The notes below the pieces were generated by a model, which searched no databases, had not been told where the DNA came from, and was given only the letters and a program-made list of their open reading frames with translations. This document shows positions 43,261-55,759 of a stretch of 64,000 nt of DNA, in pieces. The stretch is from the human T2T-CHM13v2.0 reference genome, Homo sapiens: NCBI RefSeq assembly GCF_009914755.1, contig NC_060925.1. One strand, written 5' to 3'. Position numbers and translations under genes: made by a program. The first letter of the stretch is position 1. Every line of letters starts with the position of its first letter.

Positions 43261-43679
43261 TTTTTCTTATTTAACCCTTGGTGTTCTGAAATTTCATGAT
43301 ACTGTCCCTTGATGCTGTTTGAATGATTTTTGGTATAAAATGAAACAAAATTTCTTTTATGTTTATTCAACAGAAAATCATTTACAAAAATTCATGTTTT
43401 TCATAACACTGTGTTTTAATCAAATGAGTAATTTGATACATAAAAATAGAATCTTAGTGTCATATTTTAGTATCACCTGCTTCTATACTGATTTAAAAGA
43501 AAGTGTATTTTTTTATAAATGTCCAGAATCCACCCTATGCTATGTCAGCCTCCAGCATCTTTCACAGAATTAGAGGCCAAGCTCTAAGAAGCAATGTAGA
43601 TATTTTACTACAGATGGCTGGTTTGTGAGGGCAAAAGCCTATATCCATGACATTTGGCTCTAAATCCAAATGTGGGCTT

Positions 43680-43945
43680 CAAAAAGCCTCTCCTAGAAAA
43701 TCCACTTTGATGATACCTCCACACCATCCCACAGTGGGTTTGTTATGAACCACTCAGGACCAGGTCTCCAAGACACCCTTCCTCAGAACACTAAGTGCTC
43801 TCCCTTCCAACTGCTTGTGTGTTTTTCTGTCTTTGCTACTAGAGTGGGAACTACTTGAAAGCAGCTGTGTCTTTCATCTCAGTGTCACCAGACCCTACTC
43901 TGATGTCTCAGAAATAATAGATACTAAATAAATGTTTATTAAATT
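43680..43945 (+). mobile_element. L2 3' fragment
   Basis: actagagtgggaactacttgaaagcag...tcatctcagtgtcacca...aaataaatgtttattaaatt. Confidence 0.65.
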
Positions 43946-44149
43946 AACATTTATTTGCAGCAGTAGTGCATACTGTTGGGTAAATAACTCCTATAAGAAT
44001 TCTTACTGAGAAAATATACCTATCTTTCTCTTGTATTACTTCCTTGCTAGAAACGAAACATGACTCCTGAGTGACATCATAATATTAATCACTTGAGAAT
44101 TTAAAAATTAAAGTAATATACAGATATACTGATTCAACTGTTTCTGCTT

Positions 44150-46453
44150 TGATATGGTTTGGCTCTGTGTCTCCACCCAAACTTCATGCTGAACTATAAT
44201 TCCCAACATTGGTGGAGAGAACTGGTGGGAGGTGACAGGATCATGAGGGAAGATTTCCCCCTTGCTGTTCTTTGATAGTGAGTGAGTGCTCACAAGATCT
44301 GATGGTTTAAAAGTGTGTGGCACTTTAACCCCCAACTCTCTCTCCTGCTCCACCATGTAAAGAAGGTGCTTGCTACCCCTTTGCCCTTCCACTATGATTG
44401 TAAGTTTCCTGAGGACTCCCCAATTATACTTCCTTTACAGCCTGTAGAATTGCGAGTCAATTAAACATCTTTTCTTCATAAAATACCCAGTCTCAGGTAG
44501 TTTTTTACAGCAATGTGAGAATGGACTACTACAGGAAATTGGTACCAGAGAAGTGGGGCATTGCTATAAAGATACCTGAAAGTGTGAAAGTGACTTTGGA
44601 ACTGGCTAACAGGCAGAGGTTGGAACAGTTTGAGGGGCTCAGAAGAAGAAAGGAAGATGAGGGAAAGTTTAGAACTTCCTAGAGACTTGTTGAATCATTG
44701 TGACCAAAATGCTGATAGTGATACGGACAGTGAAGTCCAGGCTGAGGTGGTCTCAGATGGCGATTAGGTACATACTGGGAACCGGATTAAAGGTCACTCT
44801 TGCTAATGCTTTAGCAAAGAGGGGTGGCACTGTGCTTCTGCTCTAGAGACCTGTGGAACTTTAAACTTGAGAGAGATGATTTAGGGTATCTGGCAGAAGA
44901 AATTTCTAAGTAGCAAAGTGTTCAAGATGTGGCCTGGCTGCTTCTAATTGTTTGTCCTCATTTCCATATGCAAAGAGATAGTCTGAAATTGGAACTTATA
45001 TTTAAAGAGAAAGCAAAGCATAAAGTTTTGGAAAATTTGCAGCCTGACCATGTGGTAGAAAAGAAAAACCCATTTTCTGGGGAGGAATTCAAGCCAGCTG
45101 CAGAAATTTGCATAAGTAAAGGGGAGCTGAACATTAATGGCCAAGACAATGAGGAAAATGCCTCCAGGGCATTTCAGAGACCTTTGAGGCAGCCCCTCCC
45201 ATCACAAGCCTGGAGGCCTAAGAAGAAAAAACGGTTTCATGAGCCAGGTCCAGGGCCCTGCTGCTCTGTGCATCTTCAGGACACAGCACCATGTGTCCCA
45301 GCCACTCCAGCTCCAGTCATGGCTAAAAGGAGCCAAGGTATAGCTTGGACCATTGCTTCAGAGGGTGCAAGTGCCAAGCTTTGGTGGCTTCCATGTGGTG
45401 TGGGCCTGCAGGTGCACAGAAGACAAGAATTGAAGCTTGGGAGCCTTTATCTAGATTGCTTGGGATGTACGGAAATATCTGGATGTTCAAGCAGAAGGCT
45501 GTTGCAGGGGCAGAGCCCTCATGGAGAACCTCTACTAGGACAGGGCAAAGAGAAAATGTGGGGTGGGGCCCCAGAACAGCAGATCCACTAACAGCTTGCA
45601 CCATGCACCTGGAAAAGCCAGAGGCACTCAATGCCAGGCCTTGAGAGCAGCCAACGGAACTGAGCCCTGCAGAGTCACAGGGGCAGAGCTGCCCAAGGCC
45701 TTGGGAGCCCACCCCTTGCATCAGTGTGGCCTGGATATGAGACATGAAGTCAAAGGAGATTATTTTGGTGCTTTAAAATTTAATGACTGCCCTGCTGGGT
45801 TTTGGACTTGGATGGTGCCTATAGCTCCTTTGTTTTGGAAAATTTCCCCCTTTTGGAATGGGGGCATTTACCCAATGCCTATATCCCTACTGTATCTTGG
45901 AAGTAACTAACGTATTTTTGATTTTACAGGTTCATAGGTGACTTGTCTCAGATGAGACTTTGAACTTGGACTTTTGAGTTAATGCTGGAATGAGTTTAGA
46001 CTTTAGAGGACTATTGAGAAGGCATGATTGGTTTTGAAATATAAGAAGGACATGAGATTTGGAAGGGGCCAAGGGCAGAATGAAATGGTTTGACTCTGTG
46101 TCCCTCCCCAAATCTCATGGTGAATTGTAATCTCCAACATTGAGGGAGGGACCTGGTGAGAGTTGATTCGATCATAGGGCAGATATCCCCCTTGCTGTTC
46201 TTGTGATAGTGAGTGAGTTCCCTTGAGGTCTGGTTGTTTCAAAGTGTGTAGCACTTCCCCCTTTGCCCTCTCTCCTGCTCCATCCACGTAAGACTTGCTT
46301 ACTTCTCCTTTACCTTGTGTCATGATGGTAAGCTTTCTATGGCCTCCCAGCCATGTTTCTTGTACAGCCTGCAGAACCTGTTGGTCAACTAAACTTCTTC
46401 ATAAATTTCACAGTCAGGTATTCTTTATAGCAGTGTGAGAACAGACTAATACA
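44150..46453 (+). mobile_element. Complete THE1D-type MaLR element: 5' LTR 44150-44533, internal 44534-46080, 3' LTR 46081-46453
   Basis: Two direct TG...CA LTRs. The internal region starts ggaaattggtaccag and ends in a purine-rich tract. Perfect 5-bp TSD tgctt at 44145-44149 and 46454-46458. Confidence 0.95.
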
Positions 46454-47019
46454 TGCTTCGATTTTTTTCTTGAAACTGGAAGGTTTTGATTAATCTACAT
46501 AACCTATTGAAATTAATAGAGAGTTGATCTCATTTATTTAAAGACATCACAGAGCAGACTTTCTGTTCCATATTGAGATTTTCATCAGGTGGATTTGGCC
46601 AGAGAGCATTAGAAGCTGGTAGAGAGATTCCTGCAGACAATGGTTCTGTTTTGTGTGGGATGAATGCCTCTGGCCATGTCTATTTTCCCTTCATTGCTGA
46701 CAAAGGTATTTTGCTCCACTTTATGGAATATAAGTATCATACACTTAATAGCAGTTAGTGATGTCAGTGCTCTTTGGTATAGTAAATCTCTAGTGTAAGA
46801 TAATCTTACTTAATGATCAGCATAAAGCAGAGAGAGGTCATTTTTTTTAACGTTGCCATAAAGCCTGCGTTTACTATGATAGAGTTGGAAGGAGGCAATC
46901 CCATTAACCTTTGTATTGTATTGATAAAATTATATACCCTCCTGAATATCAAGGGTGGCAATGCTACTGCAGTTCTCCAGTAATCCTGACTGGCACATTG
47001 ACATAGGATTTGGCCTCAA

Positions 47020-47115
47020 GCCATTTAGGGTTGTGCCCAATCTTGTCCTTTATCTAGGAATATGACCTTGGGCAAGTCTTAACCTCTTAAAGGCTCAGAT
47101 TTTTCAACTATATTT
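47020..47115 (+). mobile_element. MIR core fragment
   Basis: tatgaccttgggcaagtcttaacctc...ctcagatttttca. Confidence 0.65.
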
Positions 47116-48119
47116 TCCTTCTTTCTAAATGCAGTGTATGAGGGTTTCTGTGTGTTTTACACATTTTTTACAGTTATTTATTATGACTTTTATTTAAAGA
47201 AAAAAAGCACTTCTTACAGCATTTAAAAATGCTTTAAAGACATTGTTTTTTAAAAAAAGCACCTATTTATATTTTATATAAAGAAGAAAAGGCATTTCTA
47301 TTTGAGTAAATCGGTTCTAATAATCCTCTATTTTCTTACTTGCTTCATAAACTGGTAAATGAATTGAATGAGAAAAAGAACATCAAAAAGTTTCACAAAT
47401 GTGAGTTAGTATTATTATCACTCTACACACAAGAACTGAAGGGCTGTTCCTTGAACTCTTCAAGTCATTGTGTAAGGATATTATAGGGCAAAATGAGAGG
47501 TAACATGGAGGGGTAGAACTGCTCTCTTTTACTTTCTGTAGACTAATTCACGATGACATGGAGTAATGGCGAAGAAGTTTTCCCAGGGCATATGAAGACA
47601 TGTAAAGGAAGTGGCAGCTTGGATCCCCCTGCAAGGTACACTGCACAACGGGCAATGCCATTTGGCTGTCACCTAGGAAACAAGAGGCGGCTGCCCTGTT
47701 GACTTATAAAAAGGTTCTGTGGGTTGGGTAGTTCATTTCTGGATCACAACATATGGGAGAGGTTCCTAGTCTGAGTCCTTAGGCTCATCTTCATTCTCAG
47801 GCTATGAAAATTTTCAAATGGTGAAAAGAAGATTAATACAAAGTTATAGTTCAAAAACTTTAAAGGTTATGATGCCTAAGGAAAAAAAAAGTGGAAAGGA
47901 TAAATGAGGTCAATTAGCAGAAATCCCACTACTTAAGTGGCATGCCTATAAATTGTCTGAAAGGTGGCCATGCATTCGAAATGCCTTTATAGTATAGGTT
48001 AATTCTTCCTCTTTGTAATTAAAGAGAATCGTGACAATAGTGCTGTATCCTAGGTCACATTCCCCAGCATCAGAATTAATTAATTCTGTGAATTAATTAA
48101 TGTGGGGGTCATTTTACCT

Positions 48120-48410
48120 ATATCTCACTCATCTTTAAAGACTCATTCCAAGCTCTATCATTTCAGCAAAGGCTTTTCTGACTATTCCAGCTCTTATGGA
48201 TAACCTGCTTCTTTCTTACAGTTCTTAGGCTCTGAAACACAAAATTTAGCATTTATTCTAAACTTCCTCTTATTATTTCTTCTCTCCCTAATTAGAGCAT
48301 GACTTCTCTGCAGGCATAGGTTCTATTTTACACTTCTTTCATTATCCTACCACAGCCCCAAGCACAATTCTGAAAATAGTGCTAAATAAATACTTGTTGA
48401 TTAATGAATA
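48120..48410 (+). mobile_element. L2 3' fragment
   Basis: ctcatctttaaagactca...ctagcacaat-like motif and ctaaataaatacttgttgattaatgaat. Confidence 0.65.
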
Positions 48411-51039
48411 CTTTTCAATTTGCCTTTAAGGCACCATTTCCACTTTGTTTCACCTTAGGGTGAGGACAGATTTTCTGCCTCAGGGAAACATGCTAAGGTC
48501 CTCTAACTCTCTTTACCTTTATCTGTTTATACGTTCTTAAATCTGTGAAAGAATATCTTGCAGAGAAGTGCGGCTCTGATAAGGGGGCAACATTCAAGAA
48601 TGCCAATTTCTTTCTCCAGAGAAATTTTTCTTAATTATTAGGCATGCAGGTAATCTTATAGAATTATCATCAAGACTCAGTGGTTCCTTCAGTTATTAAC
48701 TCAACTCCAGCTTCCTTACTCAGAGCAGAGATTCATATCTCTGCTTTGAATCCGAATTAACCAGAGCATCTGCCCAAACTGAGAAAAGAAGGTTGCTCAG
48801 TGTGTTCTGTGTCAGTGGCCCTTTACAATGACATTATCCTTCAGACCTCCCAGTCCTCCCATCCTTAACTTTGTAATATACACTGGAGGAAAGAAAAAAA
48901 TTAAAACAACTGGATACTTACAAGGGCTGTCTCTGCATGCTCTTAGCAGCAGCTAGCAAGTTTTACCCAAATGATATCCTTCTGGTACTACTGGTTATAT
49001 TCAGATCAGATCTGAGATCAAAGACTAAGATGCTTCACATCCAAGGTCAAAAAGTGGAGGGCACAGAAAACTGGGCCATATGAAAGCCCAAGAATAAATG
49101 AATAAGGAGAGAAGTCATCACGTGGTTTCCTGTTGCTCTAGCAAGAGGACTCCCAGATAGTCAAATGGTCAACCAAAAGAGAGCTGGCTACTGTGAAAAG
49201 GAACCCGTCTCCAGAATCTAAGTTGTTAATTTTTTTAATTTAGAAATGGCCAACCTGGACATCAGACAAATACAAATTCAGAAGGCTAACAGGATTAAAT
49301 AGAGGTGCCAAAGAGAAAACTGAAAACGTAACTTCTGATTTTACTGTAAAGGACTGCTTAAAGGAAGTAGAGTACAAAGAAGGAGAGGGTAGTTCTGTAA
49401 AATAATATGTCTATGAAAGAAAGAAGGGTGTTCACATTTGATACTTTGGTAGACTTAAAGATTCTACACTGTACCTCAGATCAACTTGCTTTGCAGATGA
49501 TGGAAAAGAAAGAAAGAAAAGATCTTCTCTACACAAAGACATTAAAAATGAAAAAAAAAAGATGGTGGATCAGAAGCCTCCCACATGTATATCCAAAGCT
49601 TTCTTTATCTATCAAAATTTCCCATAGAGGTAACAATGTGAAGTGAATTGGCATCTAGGGCATTCTCACAAACATTTACTCTAAATAATTAATCTACTGG
49701 TCACCTGGCAGGCAGAAGACTGGGGTTAGATTTTGGCAGATATGCAAAATAAAATACGTCTTTTAGACACAGACACTAGGAATAAGCTCAGGGTTTCCAC
49801 ATTTGGACAAAGGCATGATCCACATCCAAATATGAATTTTCTTCTCCTAGTTATCATTATACTACTTTTCTTCCCTCTGAAAAAGATACCACAGTTTTAC
49901 TGTTACACTATTTTCCTTTGTGCTGGATTCTATTGTAACATCAATGACAAAATAACTACAGATACTCTAAGTCTTTCTAATGACTGATGTGATTAACCAA
50001 AAGTAACAAATGAGGATTCTCATGCTCCATGGGAGTTTGAGTGTTGCTCACCTGAACTCTCTCAAGGACACCAAAAGCATATGGTCACAGAGATAGGCAT
50101 GTCATTGCACAATCAGATCTCGGCAATGAAGAGGCTCTTGAAATTATGCGCATGTCACTGCGCGCAGAGCCCTGGCCACACTCAGGTTTTATATATGTTC
50201 TAGAGTCTCCCTTTCAGCAAAAGAAACACACTAGTTACATTTAAGAAGAAGGTAAACACGGTGCTGATGAAGTTGGTGAACACAGTGTGGCATTGATTGA
50301 TGACATCTCAGTATACACTCAAACATGGGAAGACTACGTGGAGCATGTAAAACAAGGATTTGGGTAGCTTTTACAAACAAACCTGACAGTGGGGCCAAGG
50401 CATGTCAGCCTGGCATGCTGAGGTGACACATTTAGGACACAAAGAGGGGAAGCAGACAGCCACCACTCTGTGATGGTGGCCTGCTCTGTTTCTCAACGGG
50501 CCATTTCATGAGGAGATGTTAGGCAAAGATTACTGGACATTACAGACTGATTGCTAGGGGTGTACAATTACTTAATTTAAATGCCATTTTACTGACTCAT
50601 GAAGACCACCCAAGAAGGTGACAGGACAGAAAAATTTAAGTTGATTTTTCTTAATCTCAAAATATATTTTTTCTGGAGTTAGGGGATTGACAAGTACTTC
50701 ACAATTATATTATCCTGCTTCCAAGATTACCTGCTATGCATGTTTAAGTTTCCAACAAAGATTCAGGAGGATGAGGATATAGTCAAAACAAGTACGCTAT
50801 TTGATCAACAGAACCCTGTAGTGAATAACAGAGCAGATATACTTTCTACTGTCTTACTGATAGGCTGTTTTTCATAAAAAGTCTAACTTTAGAGCCAGAA
50901 TGGGGTCAGCAACCCAGCAGCCCAGAAATCATCTCCAGTTCAAATAAAATTAGCCAGTTCCATGAAGATTTTTCTGGCATAGTGTGTACTGCAAGTCTCT
51001 GTTCTCCTAGGGGGAAAGGATGACCTCACATCTTCTCAT

Positions 51040-51250
51040 TATTCTTTCCTACCCTGAAGGTATTTCTTGTCATCTATTATCATATAAGCCCTGTGCTGTT
51101 AGTTACCCTTGATGTGCACATCTTATTGCCCCAACTGCATTATACAGTCCTTGAGGGCAAAGCCTGATTCTCCTGCTTCTTGGAACCTGCTATAGCATAG
51201 AGCTTTGTGTCATGCACAGCATACATATCAATAAGGGTTTGTTCATTTAT
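51040..51250 (+). mobile_element. L2 3' fragment
   Basis: tccttgagggcaaag...tcaataagggtttgtt. Confidence 0.5.
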
Positions 51251-51379
51251 TGCACCATGGACAGCTGTATTCAGTTCTTCTGTTAAGCATTTGTCTTTCT
51301 ATATATTCTATCTTAGTGGGTCAAGTAGTATTACAAGTAGCTGTGACTGCCAGAACCTCTCAGTCATACAAGATGCAGG

Positions 51380-51600
51380 ATGATGTACTAGTTAAGAGAA
51401 TTCATGGGCTTTAGATAAAAAGGCACTTGAATTTAAATTTCAGCTCTGCCACTTCCTAGATGTGTGATCTGAGTTTCTCTGAACCTTAATCTACTCACTT
51501 ATGACATGTATATAGCCAAAGGATAATCATAAGGAAATCAAATAACTATGAACTATGTTTGGCACATAGTAGACACCTAGTAAATGGCAGTTAGGATTAT
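51380..51600 (+). mobile_element. MIR SINE
   Basis: gttaagaga...gggctttag...cagctctgccacttcctagatgtgtgatct...tggcacatagtagacac. Confidence 0.8.
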
Positions 51601-52399
51601 GTGGCTTTGCATTACTCACTTTTACTCTTATACTCTTTGTTCAGATATTATTCAAGTTAGTGGACTCATTGTTTTGGTCATTTACTTTAGCACGGTATTA
51701 TGATATCTACAGTTATTCAACAGTGATTTTATAGGGCCTAATTCTTCCTTTGTGCAAAAGGCAAATGAGATCAGTTACATAGACTTGTGTGGGGGCAAAG
51801 GTGATGTAAACAGGATACAAGTGGTGATTTGCGAATGGTTATGACACCTTGCCTCAGGCAAATCCTCCAAGCTGAATTTGCAGGCTTTTTGCTCAATGGG
51901 AAAAATATACTACAGGTGACAACTCAATTAAAACTCAGCCATCTCTGAGAAAATAACCTCATGGCATATGCAACGCACAGAAATAAAAATTTGAACCATA
52001 AAGCTTAATTTTGACCTCGTTCAATGTGCTTACAATCTCGGAATTTACTCTTACAGCCTCGGTTCATGGGCTATGATTTCTGACTCTTCATCAACTTCTT
52101 AATTAGGAGACATTCATGACTTCAAGCTCAACATATTTCTATTTCGTGAAAGGCTAGACTGATATCTAGGCCCTGAAGGTTGATGTGCATCAATTTCTAA
52201 GATATAAAAGCTTTAAAAGCTTAAATCTGGGCAGATTGTGTTTTTATTTCCCACTTCTGTAGTATTCTCATATTACTGAGAATCAAAGCAGCACACACTT
52301 AATTATCTAATGAAACCCAAGATCTTGCAGTCCATCCCCCAGCCTGTGGGTAAGCCACTGAGCTAACTGCCCTAAAAAGATCCACAAGGAAAGAAAGTG

Positions 52400-52585
52400 G
52401 CTACTAGATAAGGAGGAAAGAATGCTGGACTAGGAGGCAGGGAACTTGGTATCAGCTCCCTGGTCTGTGCATAATAATTAGTTGTCTTTGGAATATCATC
52501 AGGCATTCAGGCCTCAGCTTCTTCTACAAAATGAGAAGATTGGATAAAATGCTCCCTGAAGTCCTATGAGCTCCAAAATTCTATG
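52400..52585 (+). mobile_element. MIR3/MIRc-type SINE
   Basis: gaaagaatgctggactaggaggcaggga...ggcctcagcttcttctacaaaatgaga...ctccaaaattctatg. Confidence 0.75.
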
Positions 52586-53713
52586 CCCCGACAACAGTCT
52601 TCATGCTATATTCCAATATTGGAAATAATTCTGTGTACTTCATTCACAGCCTTCTTCTTCATTTCACCCACAGCCACTCCTACCAGCTTCCTTGACACTG
52701 CAGTGGGAAGTAGGTAACTGTGTCATGGACAAAAGACATTCCTCTTTATGATCTTTACCAGGACTCTTTTCTACAACCTGACAGCAAGAAGCACTCCAAG
52801 TTGCACAGCTGTGTTTAGCAGTACCTATAACCAAAAATTGTATGTATGTTTCAACATTGTTACAGCTCTTGATAAAACTACAAATATGGATAGGGCTCTT
52901 GTGCTTAAAATAGTATTTTCTGGGGATTGTGAGGCTTATTTGGGGTTTATTGATAATGGGTTTTGAGATTTAAGAAAGAGAGACCCATTCAAGCTGCCTC
53001 CAGAAATTATTGGTTTGGGCTTTTTTTTAATGCAAAGGTACAGGAACCTCACAGAAATCCAGGATTTTGCCATACAGCCTCATGGGAAGAAACCACAACG
53101 GGAAGCTGGGAAGCCTTCTGAGGCAAGGAGGTGCATTCTCTGGCACCGCAGAGTCTCTCCAGCTCATGGTGTCTTTCCTTGCCCATCTACCTTGTTCTTC
53201 TCTTCCCATGTCTCTACTGACTGGTTTTGTTATGCTTACTCTTAGTGTATGCTGTCTTCCAAGTTTGCTTTAAACATGTTCTCAGTTTGTTTAGTCGCAA
53301 TTCTATTTCATGTCTTCTCTTAATGCTTCTATTCATCCTCTGGTCCCACCACTAACTACTTTTTCCTTTCAGTTTTCTAATTGAAAATGCTTGAGAGAGA
53401 AAGGTTATTGGGCTGCCAAATCTTTCGTAAAGCTAGGTCAAACAGGAAATATATGACTCACCAAATCATGACCAGACAACCCAGTACCTAGTGCCCTCTC
53501 TTGGGCCAATTTAATTGGGCCAAATTTTAAAAATACCTACTGCCCATCAGAATGACTGTGCATGAGGTAGTCTTCCTCAAATTGGGGTATAGGCAGGCAT
53601 GCAAGCGAAGTTGCCCAGTTAGTCTCTATTTTGCATCTGTATTCCCCAGAATTTTTGCGGAATATACTTTTCTGAAAGATAGTTCTGTGAGTCCAGAACC
53701 AAGGATTTGTATA

Positions 53714-54141
53714 CAGTTGACCCTTAAACAACGTAGGGGTTGGGGTGATAACATTTGGCACAGTCAAAAATCTACATATAACTTTTGATTCTCCAAAAAC
53801 TTGACTATTTAATAGCCTATTGTTGACCAGAAGCTTTACTGCTAACATAAACCGTCGATTAATACATATTTTGCATATGTATTATAGACTATATTTTACC
53901 ATAAAATAAGCTAGAGAAAAATGTTATTAAAATCATAAGGAAGGGAAAATATATTTACTATTCATTAAGTGAAACTGAATCATCATAAAGGGCTTCATCC
54001 TCGTTGTTTTTAAGTTGAGTGAGATGATGAAGAAGAAGAGGAGAATCTGGTCTTGCCGTCTTAGGGGTAGCAGAGGTGGAAGAAAATCCATCTATAAGTG
54101 AGCCCGCACAGCCCAAACCCATGTAATTCAAAGGCCAACTC
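53714..54141 (+). mobile_element. Tigger2a (MER28)-like TcMar DNA transposon
   Basis: TA followed by TIR cagttgacccttaaacaac; right TIR ttcaaaggccaact; about 430 bp. Confidence 0.9.
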
Positions 54142-55759
54142 TCCTTACTTTTAATTTCATATCTTTTCTTATTTAAAAAAAGGACAACAACGCTGCACTG
54201 ACATACAATCTAACAGTCATTTCTTGGGTACCCTATGTGTGTGGTCCAGCCAATACATATATTAATACAACACCTGGTTACTGTTTGCCTCTAAAATCAT
54301 TTAGTTTACTATTCTTCTTTTATTATTTGAAAATGTGTCCTAATAATCTACCTCTGAAGACTATTTTGAAGGACACTTACCACAGTATTGTAAAGCTATC
54401 TAATAAATGCTGCCATGTATTAACAGAGTAGCATTTTCTTATTAATGCTACAAATAATAATTCTTTGAAACTCCTTACACTTCTTTTTTTCATGTCCAAG
54501 GAGTCTTAGTTGAGAAATTGACACCTAATTTCTGAGAAATGTGATCTTTTTACACCACAGTAGGGTTTTCATAAATCCTCTGCTACAACTTTATAATTTG
54601 TTTTACACCATCAACTCCCACATCATTCCTATATTATTACAAAATTCAAGCAGCTACACTATAAATTTTAAGACATGGACTTTGAAGCCCTCAACTTTCT
54701 AGTCATCAGGGCTTTATGTACTTTAAGAAAACAATCAGAGCTTGGAGGAAAGCAAAAGGAAAGTAAAAGAGAATTTGGGTGTTTATACATAGAGAGAGAG
54801 AAAAGGAAAAGGACATTATTTCCAGAAAGACTGCATGAGGATGACAGACAAATAAAGACAGAGGGGATATTTGTGATTTAATTCTGCAAATCCTCCCAAA
54901 TATTTATTAGTTAAATCTTATCCTAAATATCAAAATTTAAAGTCCATATAGTTTTATAAGATGTTGTTAGAAAAGTTTAAAATTTCTCAGACTCACAAAA
55001 ATCTAAAGATATCTTTTGCCAAAATACTCTGAAATAGTAAAACCCTTCAGACTCACTTGCATTGAAGGAGATGTTTCAGTAAAACAGTCTTCTCTAGCTC
55101 TCCCAATTCCTGGAAGTTTGTCTGGCAGGAGCTGTTGAGGGTTTCGTCATGGAGGGACAGCTCAGGATTGGCCAGGCCATCATGAGACTGTTTTAAGGAA
55201 TCCTGGGTTAAACATTAGAGTCATGTCAAAGTTTGCCCCAGCATTTCTGATTTTTTTCTTTGTTTTATTTTGTCTTGTTTTCGTTTGAAGCATTTATTTT
55301 AAAAATCCTGATAAATTAAAATAAAATATTTTATTACTGCTTTTAAGAAAAAAATTATCATGATAGTATCAGCTATTGTGTCTGTTAAAGATGCCAAAAC
55401 TCCCAAGCCATTTTTGAAAACTCTACGCAATCTACTCCATCCTCTGAAAATTAGCTGCTTACAATTATTTCATAACTAATTGATGCTCAGAATTATCTCA
55501 CTGAGAAATTTGCATGTCCTCAGAAATTCAAGAAAGATGTAATTGGACTTGCTATACACTTCAAATTAAAGCAAGGGCACCTTTTATTACCATGTTATTA
55601 GTTTGAGTTTTATGAGCTCTCAAGAGGCTTCAAGTCTGGTTCTGAACACCCAGTGTTGCTCATTACACAGGCTACTTATTCGATAGATAAATTAGTCAAC
55701 TTTTCAACCCAGTTTTCCTCTTTTTCTAGTGAGAAGAAAAAAATTATACACACACGCAC

